DNA from: Eledone cirrhosa
Taxonomy: Eukaryota
Assembly (NCBI GenBank): GCA_964016885.1
Contig: OZ024743.1
Location: 90,582,001 to 90,646,000 of the forward strand
DNA: 64,000 nt
Direction of reading: 5' to 3'
Below, piece after piece: positions 38,601-50,121 of this stretch. The number at the start of each line of letters is the position of its first letter. The first letter of the stretch is position 1. The notes under the pieces are model-generated. The model was not told the DNA's origin. It worked only from the letters and a program-made list of their open reading frames with translations, and searched no databases. Both the position numbers and the translations under genes were made by a program.

Positions 38601-41600
38601 GACTGACAAGACACTGCATAGCTATGTGACCGACTGACAAGACACTGCATAGCTATGTGGCCTGCTGCCTAGACACTGCATAGCTATGTGACCTGCTGAC
38701 AATACATTGCATAACTATGTGGTCCACTGACAAGACACTGCATAGCTATGTGGCCTGCTGACAAGACACTGCATAGCTATGTGACCCACTGACAAGACAC
38801 TGCATAGCTATGTGACCCACTGACAAGACACTGCATAGCTATGTGGCCCACTGACAAGACACTGCATAGCTATGTGGCCCACTGACAAGACACTGCATAG
38901 CTATGTGACCGACTGACAAGACACTGCATAGCTATGTGACCGACTGACAAGACACTGCATAGCTATGTGGCCTGCTGACAAGACACTGCATAGCTATGTG
39001 ACCTGCTGACAAGACATTGCATAACTATGTGGTCCACTGACAAGACACTGCATAGCTATGTGGCCTGCTGACAAGACACTGCATAGCTATGTGACCCACT
39101 GACAAGACACTGCATAGCTATGTGACCTGCTGACAAGACATTGCATAGCTATGTGGCCCACTGACAAGACACTGCATAGCTATGTGACCGACTGACAAGA
39201 CACTGCATAGCTATGTGGCCTGCTGACAAGACACTGCATAGCTATGTGACCTGCTGACAAGACACTGCATAGCTATGTGACCTGCTGACAAGACACTGCA
39301 TAGCTATGTGACCTGCTGACAAGACACTGCATAGCTATGTGGCCCACTGACAAGACACTGCATAGCTATGTGGCCTGCTGACAAGACAGTGCATAGCAAT
39401 GTGGTCCACTGACAAGACACTGCATAGCTATGTGGCCTGCTGACAAGACACTGCATAGCTATGTGACCCACTGATAAGACACTGCATAGCTTTGTGACCT
39501 GCTGACAAGACATTGCATAGCTTTGTGACCCACTGACAAGACACTACATAGGTATGTGACCTGCTGACAAGACACTGCATAGCTATGTGACCTGCTGACA
39601 AGACACTGCATAGCTATGTGACCCACTGACAAGACACTGCATAGCTATGTGACCTGCTGACAAGACATTGCATAGCTATGTGACCCACTGACAAGACACT
39701 GCATAGGTATGTGACCCACTGACAAGACACTGCATAGCTATGTGGCCTGCTGACAAGACACTATAGCTATGTGACCCACTGACAAGACACTGCATAGCTA
39801 TGTGACCTGCTGACAAGACACTGCATAGCTATGTGACCCACTGAAAAGACACTACATAGCTATGTGGCCCACTGACAAGACACTGTATAGCTATGTGGCC
39901 CACTGACAAGACACTACATAGCTGTGTGGCCCACTGACAAGACACTGCATAGCTATGTGACCCACTGACAAGACACTACATAGCTATGTGGCCTGCTGAC
40001 AAGACACTCCATAGCTATGTGGCCCACTGACAAGATACTCCATAGCTATGTGGCCTGCTGACAAGACACTGCATAGCTATGTGGCCTGCTGACAAGACAC
40101 TGCATAGCTATGTGACCGACTGACAAGACACTGCATAGCTATGTGACCCACTGACAAGACACTGCATAGCTATGTGGCCTGCTGACAAGACACTGCATAG
40201 CTATGTGGCTCACTGACAAGACACTGCATAACTATGTGGTCCACTGACAAGACACTGCATAGCTATGTGACCCACTGACAAGACACTACATAGCTATGTG
40301 GCCCACTGACAAGACACTGCATAGCTATGTGGCCTGCTGACAAGACACTGCATAACTATGTGACCCACTGACAAGACACTGCATAGCTATGTGACCCACT
40401 GACAAGACACTACATAGCTATGTGACCCACTGACAAGACACTGCATAGCTATGTGGCCCACTGACAAGACACTGCATAGCTATGTGACCCACTGACAAGA
40501 CACTGCATAGCTATGTGGCCCACTGACAAGACACTGCATAGCTATGTGGCCTACTGACAAGACACTGCATAGGAATGTGGCCTGCTGACAAGACACTGCA
40601 TAACTATGTGACCCACTGACAAGACACTGCATAGCTATGTGACCCACTGACAAGACACTGCATAGCTATGTGACCCACTGACAAGACACTACATAGCTAT
40701 GTGACCCACTGACAAGACACTGCATAGCTATGTGACCCACTGACAAGACACTACATAGCTATGTGGCCCACTGACAAGACACTGCATAGCTATGTGGCCT
40801 ACTGACAAGACACTGCATAGGAATGTGGCCCAGGACAAGACACTGCATAGGTATGTGACCCACTGACAAGACACTGCATAGCTATGTGGCCACCAACAAG
40901 ACACTGCATAGCTACGTGACCTGTTGACAAGACACTGCATAGCTATGTGGCCTGCTGACAAGACACTGCATAACTATGTAACCCACTGACAAGACACTGC
41001 ATAGCTATGTGACCCACTGACAAGACACTACATAGTTATGTGACCCACTGACAAGACACTGCATAGCTATGTGGCCCACTGACAAGACACTGCATAGCTA
41101 TGTGACCCACTGACAAGACACTGCATAGCTATGTGACCTGCTGACAAGACACTGCATAACTATGTGACCTGCTGACAATACATTGCATAGCTGTGTGGCC
41201 CACTGACAAGACACTGCATAGCTATGTGGCCTGCTGACAAGACACTGCATAACTATGTGACCCACTGACAAGACACTGCATAGCTATGTGACCCACTGAC
41301 AAGACACTGCATAGCTATGTGGCCTGCTGACAAGACACTGCATAGCTATGTGGCCCACTGACAAGACACTGCATAACTATGTGGTCCACTGACAAGACAC
41401 TGCATAGCTATGTGATCCACTGACAAGACACTACATAGCTATGTGACCCACTGACAAGACACTGCATAGCTATGTGACCCACTGACAAGACACTACATAG
41501 CTATGTGGCCCACTGACAAGACACTGCATAGCTATGTGGCCTACTGACAAGACACTGCATAGGAATGTGGCCCAGGACAAGACACTGCATAGGTATGTGA

Positions 41601-44600
41601 CCCACTGACAAGACACTGCATAGCTATGTGGCCACCAACAAGACACTGCATAGCTATGTGGCCTGTTGACAAGACACTGCATAGCTATGTGGCCTGCTGA
41701 CAAGACACTGCATAGCAATGTGGCCCACTGACAAGACACTGCATAGCTATGTGGCCCACTGACAAGACACTACATAGCTATGTGACCTGCTGACAAGACA
41801 CTGCATAGCTATGTGACCCACCGACAAGACACTGCATAGCAATGTGACCCACTGACAAGACACTGCATAGCTATGTGACCCACTGACAAGACACTGCATA
41901 GCTATGTGACCCACTGACAAGACACTGCATAGCTATGTGGCCCACTGACAAGACACTGCATAGCTATGTGACCGGCTGACAAGACACTGCATAGCTATGT
42001 GACCGACTGACAAGACACTGCATAGCTATGTGACCTGCTGACAAGACATTGCATAACTATGTGGTCCACTGACAAGACACTGCATAGCTATGTGGCCTGC
42101 TGACAAGACACTGCATAGCTATGTGACCCACTGATAAGACACTGCATAGCTTTGTGACCTGCTGACAAGACATTGCATAGCTTTGTGACCCACTGACAAG
42201 ACACTACATAGGTATGTGACCTGCTGACAAGACACTGCATAGCTATGTGACCTGCTGACAAGACACTGCATAGCTATGTGACCCACTGACAAGACACTGC
42301 ATAGCTATGTGACCTGCTGACAAGACATTGCATAGCTATGTGACCCACTGACAAGACACTGCATAGGTATGTGACCCACTGACAAGACACTGCATAGCTA
42401 TGTGGCCTGCTGACAAGACACTATAGCTATGTGACCCACTGACAAGACACTGCATAGCTATGTGACCTGCTGACAAGACACTGCATAGCTATGTGACCCA
42501 CTGAAAAGACACTACATAGCTATGTGGCCCACTGACAAGACACTGTATAGCTATGTGGCCCACTGACAAGACACTACATAGCTGTGTGGCCCACTGACAA
42601 GACACTGCATAGCTATGTGACCCACTGACAAGACACTACATAGCTATGTGGCCTGCTGACAAGACACTCCATAGCTATGTGGCCCACTGACAAGACACTC
42701 CATAGCTATGTGGCCTGCTGACAAGACACTGCATAGCTATGTGGCCTGCTGACAAGACACTGCATAGCTATGTGACCGACTGACAAGACACTGCATAGCT
42801 ATGTGACCCACTGACAAGACACTGCATAGCTATGTGGCCTGCTGACAAGACACTGCATAGCTATGTGGCCCACTGACAAGACACTGCATAACTATGTGGT
42901 CCACTGACAAGACACTGCATAGCTATGTGACCCACTGACAAGACACTACATAGCTATGTGGCCCACTGACAAGACACTGCATAGCTATGTGACCCACTGA
43001 CAAGACACTGCATAGCTATGTGGCCTGCTGACAAGACACTGCATAACTATGTGACCTGGTGACAATACATTGCATAGCTATGTGGCCCACTGACAAGACA
43101 CTGCATAGCTATGTGGCCTGCTGACAAGACACTGCATAACTATGTGACCCACTGACAAGACACTGCATAGCTATGTGACCCACTGACAAGACACTACATA
43201 GCTATGTGACCCACTGACAAGACACTGCATAGCTATGTGGCCCACTGACAAGACACTGCATAGCTATGTGACCCACTGACAAGACACTGCATAGCTATGT
43301 GGCCTGCTGACAAGACACTGCATAACTATGTGACCTGGTGACAATACATTGCATAGCTATGTGGCCCACTGACAAGACACTGCATAGCTATGTGGCCTGC
43401 TGACAAGACACTGCATAACTATGTGACCCACTGACAAGACACTGCATAGCTATGTGACCCACTGACAAGACACTGCATAGCTATGTGACCCACTGACAAG
43501 ACACTACATAGCTATGTGGCCCACTGACAAGACACTGCATAGCTATGTGGCCTACTGACAAGACACTGCATAGGAATGTGGCCCAGGACAAGACACTGCA
43601 TAGGTATGTGACCCACTGACAAGACACTGCATAGCTATGTGGCCACCAACAAGACACTGCATAGCTACGTGGCCTGTTGACAAGACACTGCATAGCTATG
43701 TGGCCTGCTGACAAGACACTGCATAACTATGTAACCCACTGACAAGACACTGCATAGCTATGTGACCCACTGACAAGACACTACATAGTTATGTGACCCA
43801 CTGACAAGACACTGCATAGCTATGTGGCCCACTGACAAGACACTGCATAGCTATGTGACCCACTGACAAGACACTGCATAGCTATGTGGCCTGCTGACAA
43901 GACACTGCATAATTATGTGACCTGCTGACAAGACACTGCATAGCTATGTGGCCCACTGACAAGACACTGCATAGCTATGTGACCGGCTGACAAGACACTG
44001 CATAGCTATGTGACCCACTGACAAGACACTACATAGCTATGTGGCCTGTTGACAAGACACTGCATAGCTATGTGGCCCACTGACAAGACACTGCATAGCT
44101 ATGTGACCTGCTGACAAGACACTGTATAGCAATGTGACCCGCACACCCCAAAAGGTTGCCAACTCCTGACGTAGAGGCTCCCTAAACTGAGTGATCAGAG
44201 CCGGATTTAATGGGAGATAATTGCCCTGGGTCCCTCACAGCTGGGGGGCACCAGCAACAGCCATAGCAATTTATTTGTGTCCTCTGTTAGGCTTTTTAGT
44301 TTATCCCTTTCACAACGAGCATGTAAAGACCTCTTTAGTACTAGTGCCACAATAAAATGCACTCAGTACATCCAGTAAATTGCTAGTGTTGGTGCCTCGA
44401 TAGAAGATACCTAGTCCACTGTGTAAAGTGGTTGTGTTGGTATCACAAAAACAATACACCCAATAAACACTCCAAAGTGGTTATGTGAGGAAGAGCATCC
44501 AGCCATAGAAACTATGCCAAATATGTAATGTATGAGCAAGATGAGGTCACTCCAATATATCTGGTCACAGACTGTGACAACCTGTCCAACACATGCCAGT

Positions 44601-46051
44601 GTGGAAAGTGGACGTAAAATGATGATAGTTAGATTTTTTAAATTTAATACCTGTATCTATAAATTTTCAATTCTAATTACTTGCGTCATTCCGACTTTGA
44701 TATGTAAAACTGGGGGTTTGCTTTGTATTCTATTTTTTTTTTGTGTATGATGCCCCACTCTCGTCTAAATCTGTCCCTGTGAGTGATGGAGAGAAAATGC
44801 ACACAAAAGGGTTAAGATATGATGGCGAATCGCCTTACAGACGTATTAGGTGATGCCTGCTAAAGTGCTTGGTTATTCCAGCTTCTTAGCCTCGCCATCA
44901 CCCGCGCAAAGCTTACAAATGTGTTAGTCTCTTGTGGTGTGTGATTTAGTGTGCATGTCTTCTAGCTTTTTCCTCTTTATTAAAAAAATGAATTGTATTT
45001 ACAGTATGTACTAATATATAAACTTTGTTTATCAATAACATTATAAACAACTTCAAATCCCGCCGAGGTTAGCTTTGCCATTCATCCTTACGGGGGTCGA
45101 TAAAATAAAGTACCAGTAATGCAGTGGATCGATTTACTCAACTTTCCCCTTCCCTTCAAATTGCTGGCTTTGTGCCTAAATCAGAAACCATTATAATAAA
45201 AGAAATTGACAATACGAACTAGTGTTAGTATGGTAGGTACATTGATAAGTTACTAAGCAATGATATAAGAAATATTGTATATATATGCATGGACTCGTAA
45301 CTCCTGGTGGAATCGTAGGGGTGACGCAGTGATATACAATGTGCCTTGGACATTTTAAACCTGGCGGAGACCATCCTTCTTCAAGTATGTACAGCCGATT
45401 TCTTCCAGGATGGAAGGATAGAAAATGAATGGATCAGAAAGATATATATAGAGGAAGAAGCGACCCCAGTACTGGACAGGTGCTTTTTTTATTGACCTCG
45501 AAAGGACGAAAGGTATTTGAACTCGGCGGAACTTGAATTCTGAGCGTAGACGACAGGAACGACTCTACCAATTCGCCAATGGAAAATATCTATTTTCCAC
45601 CTATAAGGAGTTACTCAAAGTGAACAAAACGTGTGTCCTTTCGTTCGCTCTTCAGGTCATTCAATGTGTTGACGTAACTTCGTTTACGATAGCAAACTTA
45701 CTTGAGGGAGTTTCCTTTCGAATAAAATAAGGTTTTTAAACGTAGTCATATTTAGATAATATAAACTTTAAAATGTGGTATGAGATATTGAATAATATAA
45801 ATCTAGATATACCAACGAAGGAAACAACAGACGGGATAGTCAAGGCAGGAATGCATTTGAATGTTTGCTGGATCAAGTTTGGCCTGGTGCTAAGCATCAA
45901 CAAGTTTGGTTTACGAGCTATATAATCAATTTAAAGAATTAGTATGAAAAAATATTTTGTTTTACCGTTGTAGTTTAGTTGATAAAGTTCGTATCTGTTT
46001 TAAGTGAGAAATAAACAATCTATTTAAAGACGAAATACTATAAATCGCCAT
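11590..46051 (-). CDS. GATB: Glutamyl-tRNA(Gln) amidotransferase subunit B, mitochondrial; complete 12-exon gene (join 46051-45966, 36063-35910, 34676-34563, 27574-27376, 26736-26614, 25744-25631, 23777-23693, 20556-20325, 17671-17529, 15854-15776, 12543-12409, 11715-11590)
   Basis: Manual exon join gives 1590 nt (529 aa + TAA) with GT-AG introns and matching phases. GatB motifs occur in order: [111 protein letters not shown], then a C-terminal YqeY-like tail. Confidence 0.97.
12409..12543 (-). CDS. GATB: GATB exon 11
   Basis: [45 protein letters not shown]; ttccag / gtgagt. Confidence 0.92.
13015..13560 (+). mobile_element. Three consecutive SINE family A copies
   Basis: Copies at about 13015-13160, 13176-13350 and 13367-13560. 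Confidence 0.85.
13561..14066. mobile_element. Second, older TTAA/CCC-terminated MITE-like family (two adjacent decayed copies)
   Basis: ttaa|ccctttagttacc..catgaaaagag|ttaa and ttaa|ccctttcattacc..ggtatgaaagggg; related AT-rich bodies recur near 26000-26570, 51460-51670, 52925-53100 and 59890-60540. Confidence 0.55.
14653..14711. repeat. (TA)n microsatellite
   Basis: Pure AT dinucleotide run of about 58 bp. Confidence 0.95.
15776..15854 (-). CDS. GATB: GATB exon 10
   Basis: [27 protein letters not shown] (GatB 'LAEL..L....IS...AK' helix); tcaaag / gtaata. Confidence 0.9.
16963..17169. mobile_element. piggyBac-type MITE copy
   Basis: Same family as 7931-8125; TTAA on both sides. Confidence 0.85.
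17529..17671 (-). CDS. GATB: GATB exon 9
   Basis: [47 protein letters not shown]; ttctag / gttggt; phases fit both neighbours. Confidence 0.88.
17718..18084 (+). repeat. 5' LTR
   Basis: Contains TATAAAA (about 17795), ACTTCCGG, hairpin GGCGCCTGGC-ctta-GCCAGGCGCC (17893-17916) and ATTAAA. Confidence 0.95.
18086..18163 (+). promoter_or_regulatory. Tandemly duplicated tRNA-Trp primer-binding site
   Basis: TGGTAACCCTGACGTGAT at 18086 and 18132; 16/18 match to the canonical tRNA-Trp PBS TGGTGACCCCGACGTGAT. Confidence 0.88.
19476..19842 (+). repeat. 3' LTR
   Basis: Near-identical copy of 17718-18084. Confidence 0.95.
20243..20320 (+). repeat. Compound microsatellite (GAA)n(CAA)n(CAG)n, tail of an RTE fragment
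   Basis: Directly visible; abuts the GATB exon 8 donor. Confidence 0.9.
20325..20556 (-). CDS. GATB: GATB exon 8
   Basis: [29 protein letters not shown]...[27 protein letters not shown]; ttccag / gtaagt. Confidence 0.95.
20778..20849 (-). pseudogene. tRNA-like cloverleaf (pseudo-tRNA or repeat-borne tRNA mimic; nominal anticodon GGA)
   Basis: GATGTGT TG GTGT-AAATGGTA-GCAC A GTGGT-CCGGATA-ACCAA AGAT GTGGG-TTCGACT-CCCAT GTACATC A; all four stems fold, but C33, U37 and a 27:43 mismatch are non-canonical. Confidence 0.7.
21220..21990 (-). mobile_element. CR1/L2-type LINE, 5'-truncated 3' end
   Basis: ORF 21924-21367: [64 protein letters not shown]; (ATT)n tail. Confidence 0.9.
22333..22731. 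mobile_element. Tail-to-tail inverted pair of SINE family A
   Basis: Plus copy 22333-22523 and minus copy about 22546-22731, separated by a (TA)n spacer. Confidence 0.9.
22754..23030 (+). mobile_element. tRNA-derived SINE, family B
   Basis: tggcctagtggtaagg (A box), gggttcgattcc (B box), then tcttgagcaaaacacttcatttcacgttgctccag; minus-strand copies at about 11960-12350, 14510-14652 and 34140-34280. Confidence 0.8.
23693..23777 (-). CDS. GATB: GATB exon 7
   Basis: [29 protein letters not shown]; tcaaag / gtatag. Confidence 0.94.
23940..24240. repeat. 29-bp minisatellite, about 10 copies; reverse complement of the 29074-33486 array unit
   Basis: Unit ..cattgttgtgaggtgtgaaggttgtgtgt. Confidence 0.9.
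24350..25575 (-). mobile_element. Cluster of about 7-8 minus-strand SINE family A copies of different ages
   Basis: Repeated ggatgaaaggcaaag / gatttgaactcag cores; young copies at about 24942-25050, 25061-25215 and 25390-25575. Confidence 0.85.
25631..25744 (-). CDS. GATB: GATB exon 6
   Basis: [38 protein letters not shown]; ctacag / gtaaat. Confidence 0.96.
26614..26736 (-). CDS. GATB: GATB exon 5
   Basis: [41 protein letters not shown]; atcag / gtacga. Confidence 0.95.
27055..27261. mobile_element. piggyBac-type MITE copy (opposite orientation)
   Basis: Reverse complement of the 7931-8125 family; TTAA flanks. Confidence 0.85.
27376..27574 (-). CDS. GATB: GATB exon 4
   Basis: [20 protein letters not shown]...[27 protein letters not shown]; ttccag / gtaaga. 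Confidence 0.96.
27595..29073. repeat. 48-bp minisatellite, about 30 copies, GATB intron 3
   Basis: Unit CAACAGCACCATCTCACAATAGACTGCAGGGTAGCAAGTCTGACACTC; gives 16-aa periodic spurious ORFs. Confidence 0.97.
29074..33486. repeat. 29-bp (27-29) minisatellite, roughly 150 copies, GATB intron 3
   Basis: Unit ACACCTCACAACAATGACACACAACCGTC. Confidence 0.97.
33914..34121. mobile_element. piggyBac-type MITE copy (opposite orientation)
   Basis: Reverse complement of the 7931-8125 family; TTAA flanks. Confidence 0.8.
34563..34676 (-). CDS. GATB: GATB exon 3
   Basis: [38 protein letters not shown]; ttttag / gtaagt. Confidence 0.96.
35910..36063 (-). CDS. GATB: GATB exon 2
   Basis: [51 protein letters not shown]; ttttcag / gtaagt. 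Confidence 0.96.
36205..36580. repeat. Degenerate minisatellite of about 34-36 bp units
   Basis: Recurring acagacacca....ctcacaactacacac. Confidence 0.8.
36795..44141. repeat. 31-bp minisatellite, roughly 235 copies, GATB intron 1
   Basis: Unit GACAAGACACTGCATAGCTATGTG(A/G)CC(CA/TG)CT with internal palindrome CATAGCTATG. Confidence 0.98.
44196..44779. mobile_element. Non-autonomous hAT DNA transposon containing a nested retroposon fragment
   Basis: Imperfect 14-bp TIRs CAGAGCCGGATTTA / TAAATCTGTCCCTG and a perfect 8-bp TSD TGAGTGAT (44188-44195, 44780-44787). Confidence 0.85.
45966..46051 (-). CDS. GATB: GATB exon 1 (mitochondrial presequence-like)
   Basis: ATG at 46051; [29 protein letters not shown] is S/R/K/L-rich with no acidic residues; phase-2 GT donor matches exon 2. 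Confidence 0.8.
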
Positions 46052-46279
46052 TTTCCTAGCTGTAACAAGTTTTTACAATGTTAGGATAAATAATATATAC
46101 TTCTTTCCTCTTCAATTAATGAAGATAAAGGACAGATTTCTCTTCTATATACATCACACCATAAAACTGTTTCGGCAATTATTTAAGTGTAAATTTATTT
46201 ACATTAGGTTAATCTGGGTTATCTACCTTTTTACACAAAATATCTCAGTTATCTACCCTTATTTCTTCGATAGATGGAT

Positions 46280-46990
46280 ATCTTATTATTATTATTGTTC
46301 CTGAGAGGGTTGTGGGAGCAGTTCCTCAAACACTCCTCCCAACAGGTTCTGTCAGAAGCAACCGTCTTCAATTGATCCGACTGGATCCCCAAGCGTGACC
46401 AGCCAAGCTCATGGATGTTATGCAACGATCGTTCTCGGGGCCTATCCCTGGGTCTCATGTCGGTTGGTTTTCTCCATAAAATCTGCCCAGCGATTATTTC
46501 CTGAAATATTCTAACCACATATCCATTGTATCGGAGCCGTGGTCTCTCAATTCGGAGAAGTAGCGACTCTCTAATCTCCGAACTCTATCGAGTAACGTTA
46601 CTTCAAAGACCCTTCGGAGAAATCCCATTTCGGCTGCTTGTAATCGCGATCGTATTCTTTCGGCCATTACCCAAGATTCATGGCTATAGGCAAGGTTTGT
46701 CACGAATACCGAATTGACGATAGCGTGTTTGCCTTTTAAGCCTACCCCCTTTCTTCTGATTACTGCATCAGTTCTTGCACTTCCATCACTCGTGATCACG
46801 GCCTCGAGATACTTGAACTTCTATACCTGATTCAGTTGAATTCCATTAACATGCACTGCGCAGGCTTCCTGATTTTCATGCCAGCCATGCAGCACTCAGC
46901 ATCAAATCTATCAAGTACAAGTCGGAAATCACCTTCTGTCGAGTTAAGTAACGCCAAGTCGTCTGCAAATTCCAGTCGACTAATTTTACA
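46280..46990 (-). mobile_element. RTE-type LINE 3' fragment immediately upstream of GATB
   Basis: LEFADDLAL, FKYLE..ITSDG, YSHESWVMAERIRSRLQAAEMGFLRRV, RPRDRPRERS; related decayed copies at about 8390-8690 (-) and 19940-20320 (+). Confidence 0.85.
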
Positions 46991-49061
46991 CTCGCCAGTT
47001 CTTCATAAACATGATGCAATATAGCATTCCGACACACTTATAAAATATATTTAAAAAATCGCCATCGGCTTTGTAGAATCCTCCCACTTACTACACCACA
47101 ACGAAGATGGTTCGGAAAAAGCCAACATATTTGGCATCAAATTCACCAATGTAAAACAGTAGCTATGAATAAAAGACACTTGAGATTGTTCCAACCCAAT
47201 GATGCTCCTTATTCATCAAACTCTTTAATCTCTCATTTTGACTTTAATAACCACTATTCAATCGTCTCCACTTTCAGCGTAATGGACAAATGTGGTTACT
47301 TAACCTGCTAGAAATAGCAGTCCAGTCTTCCTCCAATTACATCTTATTTTGTAAGGAAGAAGGTATATTGGATAGTGTAGTGTTGGATATATTTATACAT
47401 GTTATCCAGCTTCACCAATTATAGTTCATAGACGGAGCAATGAATTTGATTTAACAGTATAATAGAAGAACTTAAGTTGCTTTTCATTTGGTACCAACAA
47501 ACTTGATTCTAACCTACACATACAGGGATATATATATATATATATACAGGGTGTTCCACAAAATGTATACACACTTCAACAGCATTCTAATAAATATATG
47601 TATACATTTTTTTATATGTGTGTGTTGCTGTATAATTTTATACTAAGGCCCTGGTTCAGATTTTAGCTGTTTAGAAAGGAATTTAGTGCAGTCATGTTGG
47701 AATGTCTTTGATCATGGGTCTGTTGGATCTGGGCTGACCCAAGCCTAGACAAGATCACATGGACCATAAAATGATTTCTAATTTAGGCACAAGTCAACAA
47801 TTTGTAGGTGAGGGAAAGTATGTAACTAGTACTCTATTTTATCGACCCCGAAAGGGTGAAAGGTTCAGTTGACCTCTGCATCATTTGAAACCAGAAAGTA
47901 AAGAGCTGGAACAAATATTGTAATGAAATTTTTTCTAACGTTCTACTAATACTGCCAATTCCCTACAAAATTAAATGAAACTGAATCTAAACTTCTTCAA
48001 TATCCTCCTAAACCATAAACACTGCTTCTCAACCAGATACAGGGAATTTATAGTGGGCATTCATCCTCCATTACACATTCTACAGTTCACTGATTTATAG
48101 TGGCAGAGGGTGGGGGTGGGAATAGCTACCAGAACCATCATTGAGCATGTTTTCTCTGCTATTTTGATATCAAGAGACAAATTGACTGAGTTGTTAGAAT
48201 AGTGGAAAGAATACTTGTGCTGAAGACAAGTTTGTCTTTCATCCCTTTATGGTTGATAAAGTACCAGTCAAATGCATATATGGTCCCATAACTCCTGAGG
48301 GAGCCTTATTGACATACGTTTCTAGGGCATTTTGAAACCTGGCGAAGCCCAACTCTCTCCAGGTCTGAATACGTTAGACTACTTCCAGAGAAAGATAGAC
48401 AGAGTGTGAGAAAGAGATATAGAGGAAGAATTGACCCCCAGTACTAGACTGGTACTTTTTATTGACCTTGAATGAATGAAAGGCAAAGTTGACCATGGCG
48501 GGCTTTGAACTCAGAGATCAGAAAGCCGAAACAAATACTGCAAAGCATTTTATCCAATGTTTTAATGAGTCTGCCAATTCACTACCCTACCAGTAAAATA
48601 CTAGACTCAACTCTCCTCTTGGAATGGGTTATGTTGAAGGGGACAAGAATGCAACATTGATATCACTGACCACCAATCACTACCACATGCCATGTGTATC
48701 CTGGTTTCTAGAATATGTAGTGTCCCAGTATGCTTTGAAAGGTGACTGAAAGGGTTGACATCAGAAAGGTCATTTTGCTGCAACACATTAACTCAAAACT
48801 TCCTGACCAACCCATGGCAGCAAGTGAACATATAAAAAATGATGACCATGCTATGGGCACTTTTCTTAAGAAGCCATCACATTATTGTTATTGTTGACGC
48901 AAGTGTTTGTAAAGTGATTGATATTCAAACAAAGGAGAGAGAAGACTCTTTAGTCTTGTTGAAAACATGTCAACCTCAGTAGTGTTGGTACCATGATAAA
49001 ATGTATGTAGTACATTTTGTGCTAGGAAGGGCATCTAGCTATAGAAACCATACCAATCCAA

Positions 49062-49500
49062 CGTCTGGCAACTGACTTGGTAGACACCCACAACATTATT
49101 AACCACCTCTCCAACAATAACCCTGAGCACCTTTTTGAATTCCATATGTCTAATACCCGTGGACATGCTTACAAAATCAGAAAACAGCAAAGCTCCCATG
49201 ACTTTCGGAAACAATTTTTCATACTCAGAGTTGCTGAAGCATGGAACAAACTACCTGCATCAGTTGTTAGCTGTTGGGACTGTGCATCCTTCAAAACTTC
49301 CATGCTACCCAAAATTTGCCAACACTGCCTAATATTCCCCCTCCATACATATGCAAGCATATGTGTATGGTTGTATATCATGACTCATACACTGTTTATT
49401 CTCCTGACATTTGTACATCATTCTATGTACTATACATGCACCTTTGATGAATTGTAGTGCACCTGAGCACTGTAGACAATAATTTTCATTATTATTATTT
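49062..49500 (+). mobile_element. CR1/L2-type LINE 3' fragment (same family as 21220-21990)
   Basis: [30 protein letters not shown]; shared 3'UTR and (ATT)n tail. Confidence 0.88.
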
Positions 49501-49669
49501 TTTATATATAAAGGCAATGCTGTTCTCTGAACTGTCTAGGAGAGCAGTAACTGAATAAAAACTGACTTGGAATACACAATGGTCCATCCAGCCATGGTGA
49601 TAGTATTTAAAATATAGGGAAGTTTACCCTGACCTATCCAACCTATGCCAGCATGGAAAATTGATGTAT

Positions 49670-50070
49670 TAAGCATGGGCTGTGACTGCAGAGGACATGC
49701 GTAGACTGGAGAAATGAAGCAACCATGTTTTGTTGGATGTGCAATGTAAATGTGAGAGAAAGGTAGAGCTTGGACGAGCTGTGAGAGAAGCTGGATTTAA
49801 GGGGGATTCGAGGTGGTGTGCAGGAGAGAAGACTGCATTGGTATGGGCATGTGATGCATATGGACAATGACCGATAAGTGAAAAAATGCCAGGAAATCCC
49901 AGTGGAAGGAAGCTGCAATAGAGGACGACCAAGAAAGAGGTTGTGAGAGCGGACCTAAAATTGCTAAGACTGGTAGAGATGACGAAGGAAGGTGTCAAGT
50001 AGAGAGATGCCCTGCTGAGAATGACCTGTCCAAACCATACAAGCATGGAAAAGCAGATGTAATGATGATA
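49670..50070 (+). mobile_element. RTE LINE 3' end fragment
   Basis: WAVTAEDMRRLE.., RRLHWYGHVMHMD; related pieces at about 15880-16270 (+) and 53110-53420 (-). Confidence 0.75.
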
Positions 50071-50110
50071 AAATATTTACTCTAAAAAAAAAAAAAAAAA
50101 TCCTGAAACT

Positions 50111-50116
50111 TTTATT
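50111..50116 (-). terminator. Candidate PPAN polyadenylation signal AATAAA
   Basis: AATAAA 5 nt after the TGA, followed by a long T run on the minus strand (about 50100-50084). Confidence 0.5.
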
Positions 50117-50121
50117 CAACA

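Noticed and set aside
36795-44141. CRISPR-like look (about 31-bp repeat with internal palindrome)
   Set aside because: Units are head-to-tail with no unique spacers, there are no cas genes, and the context is a eukaryotic intron.
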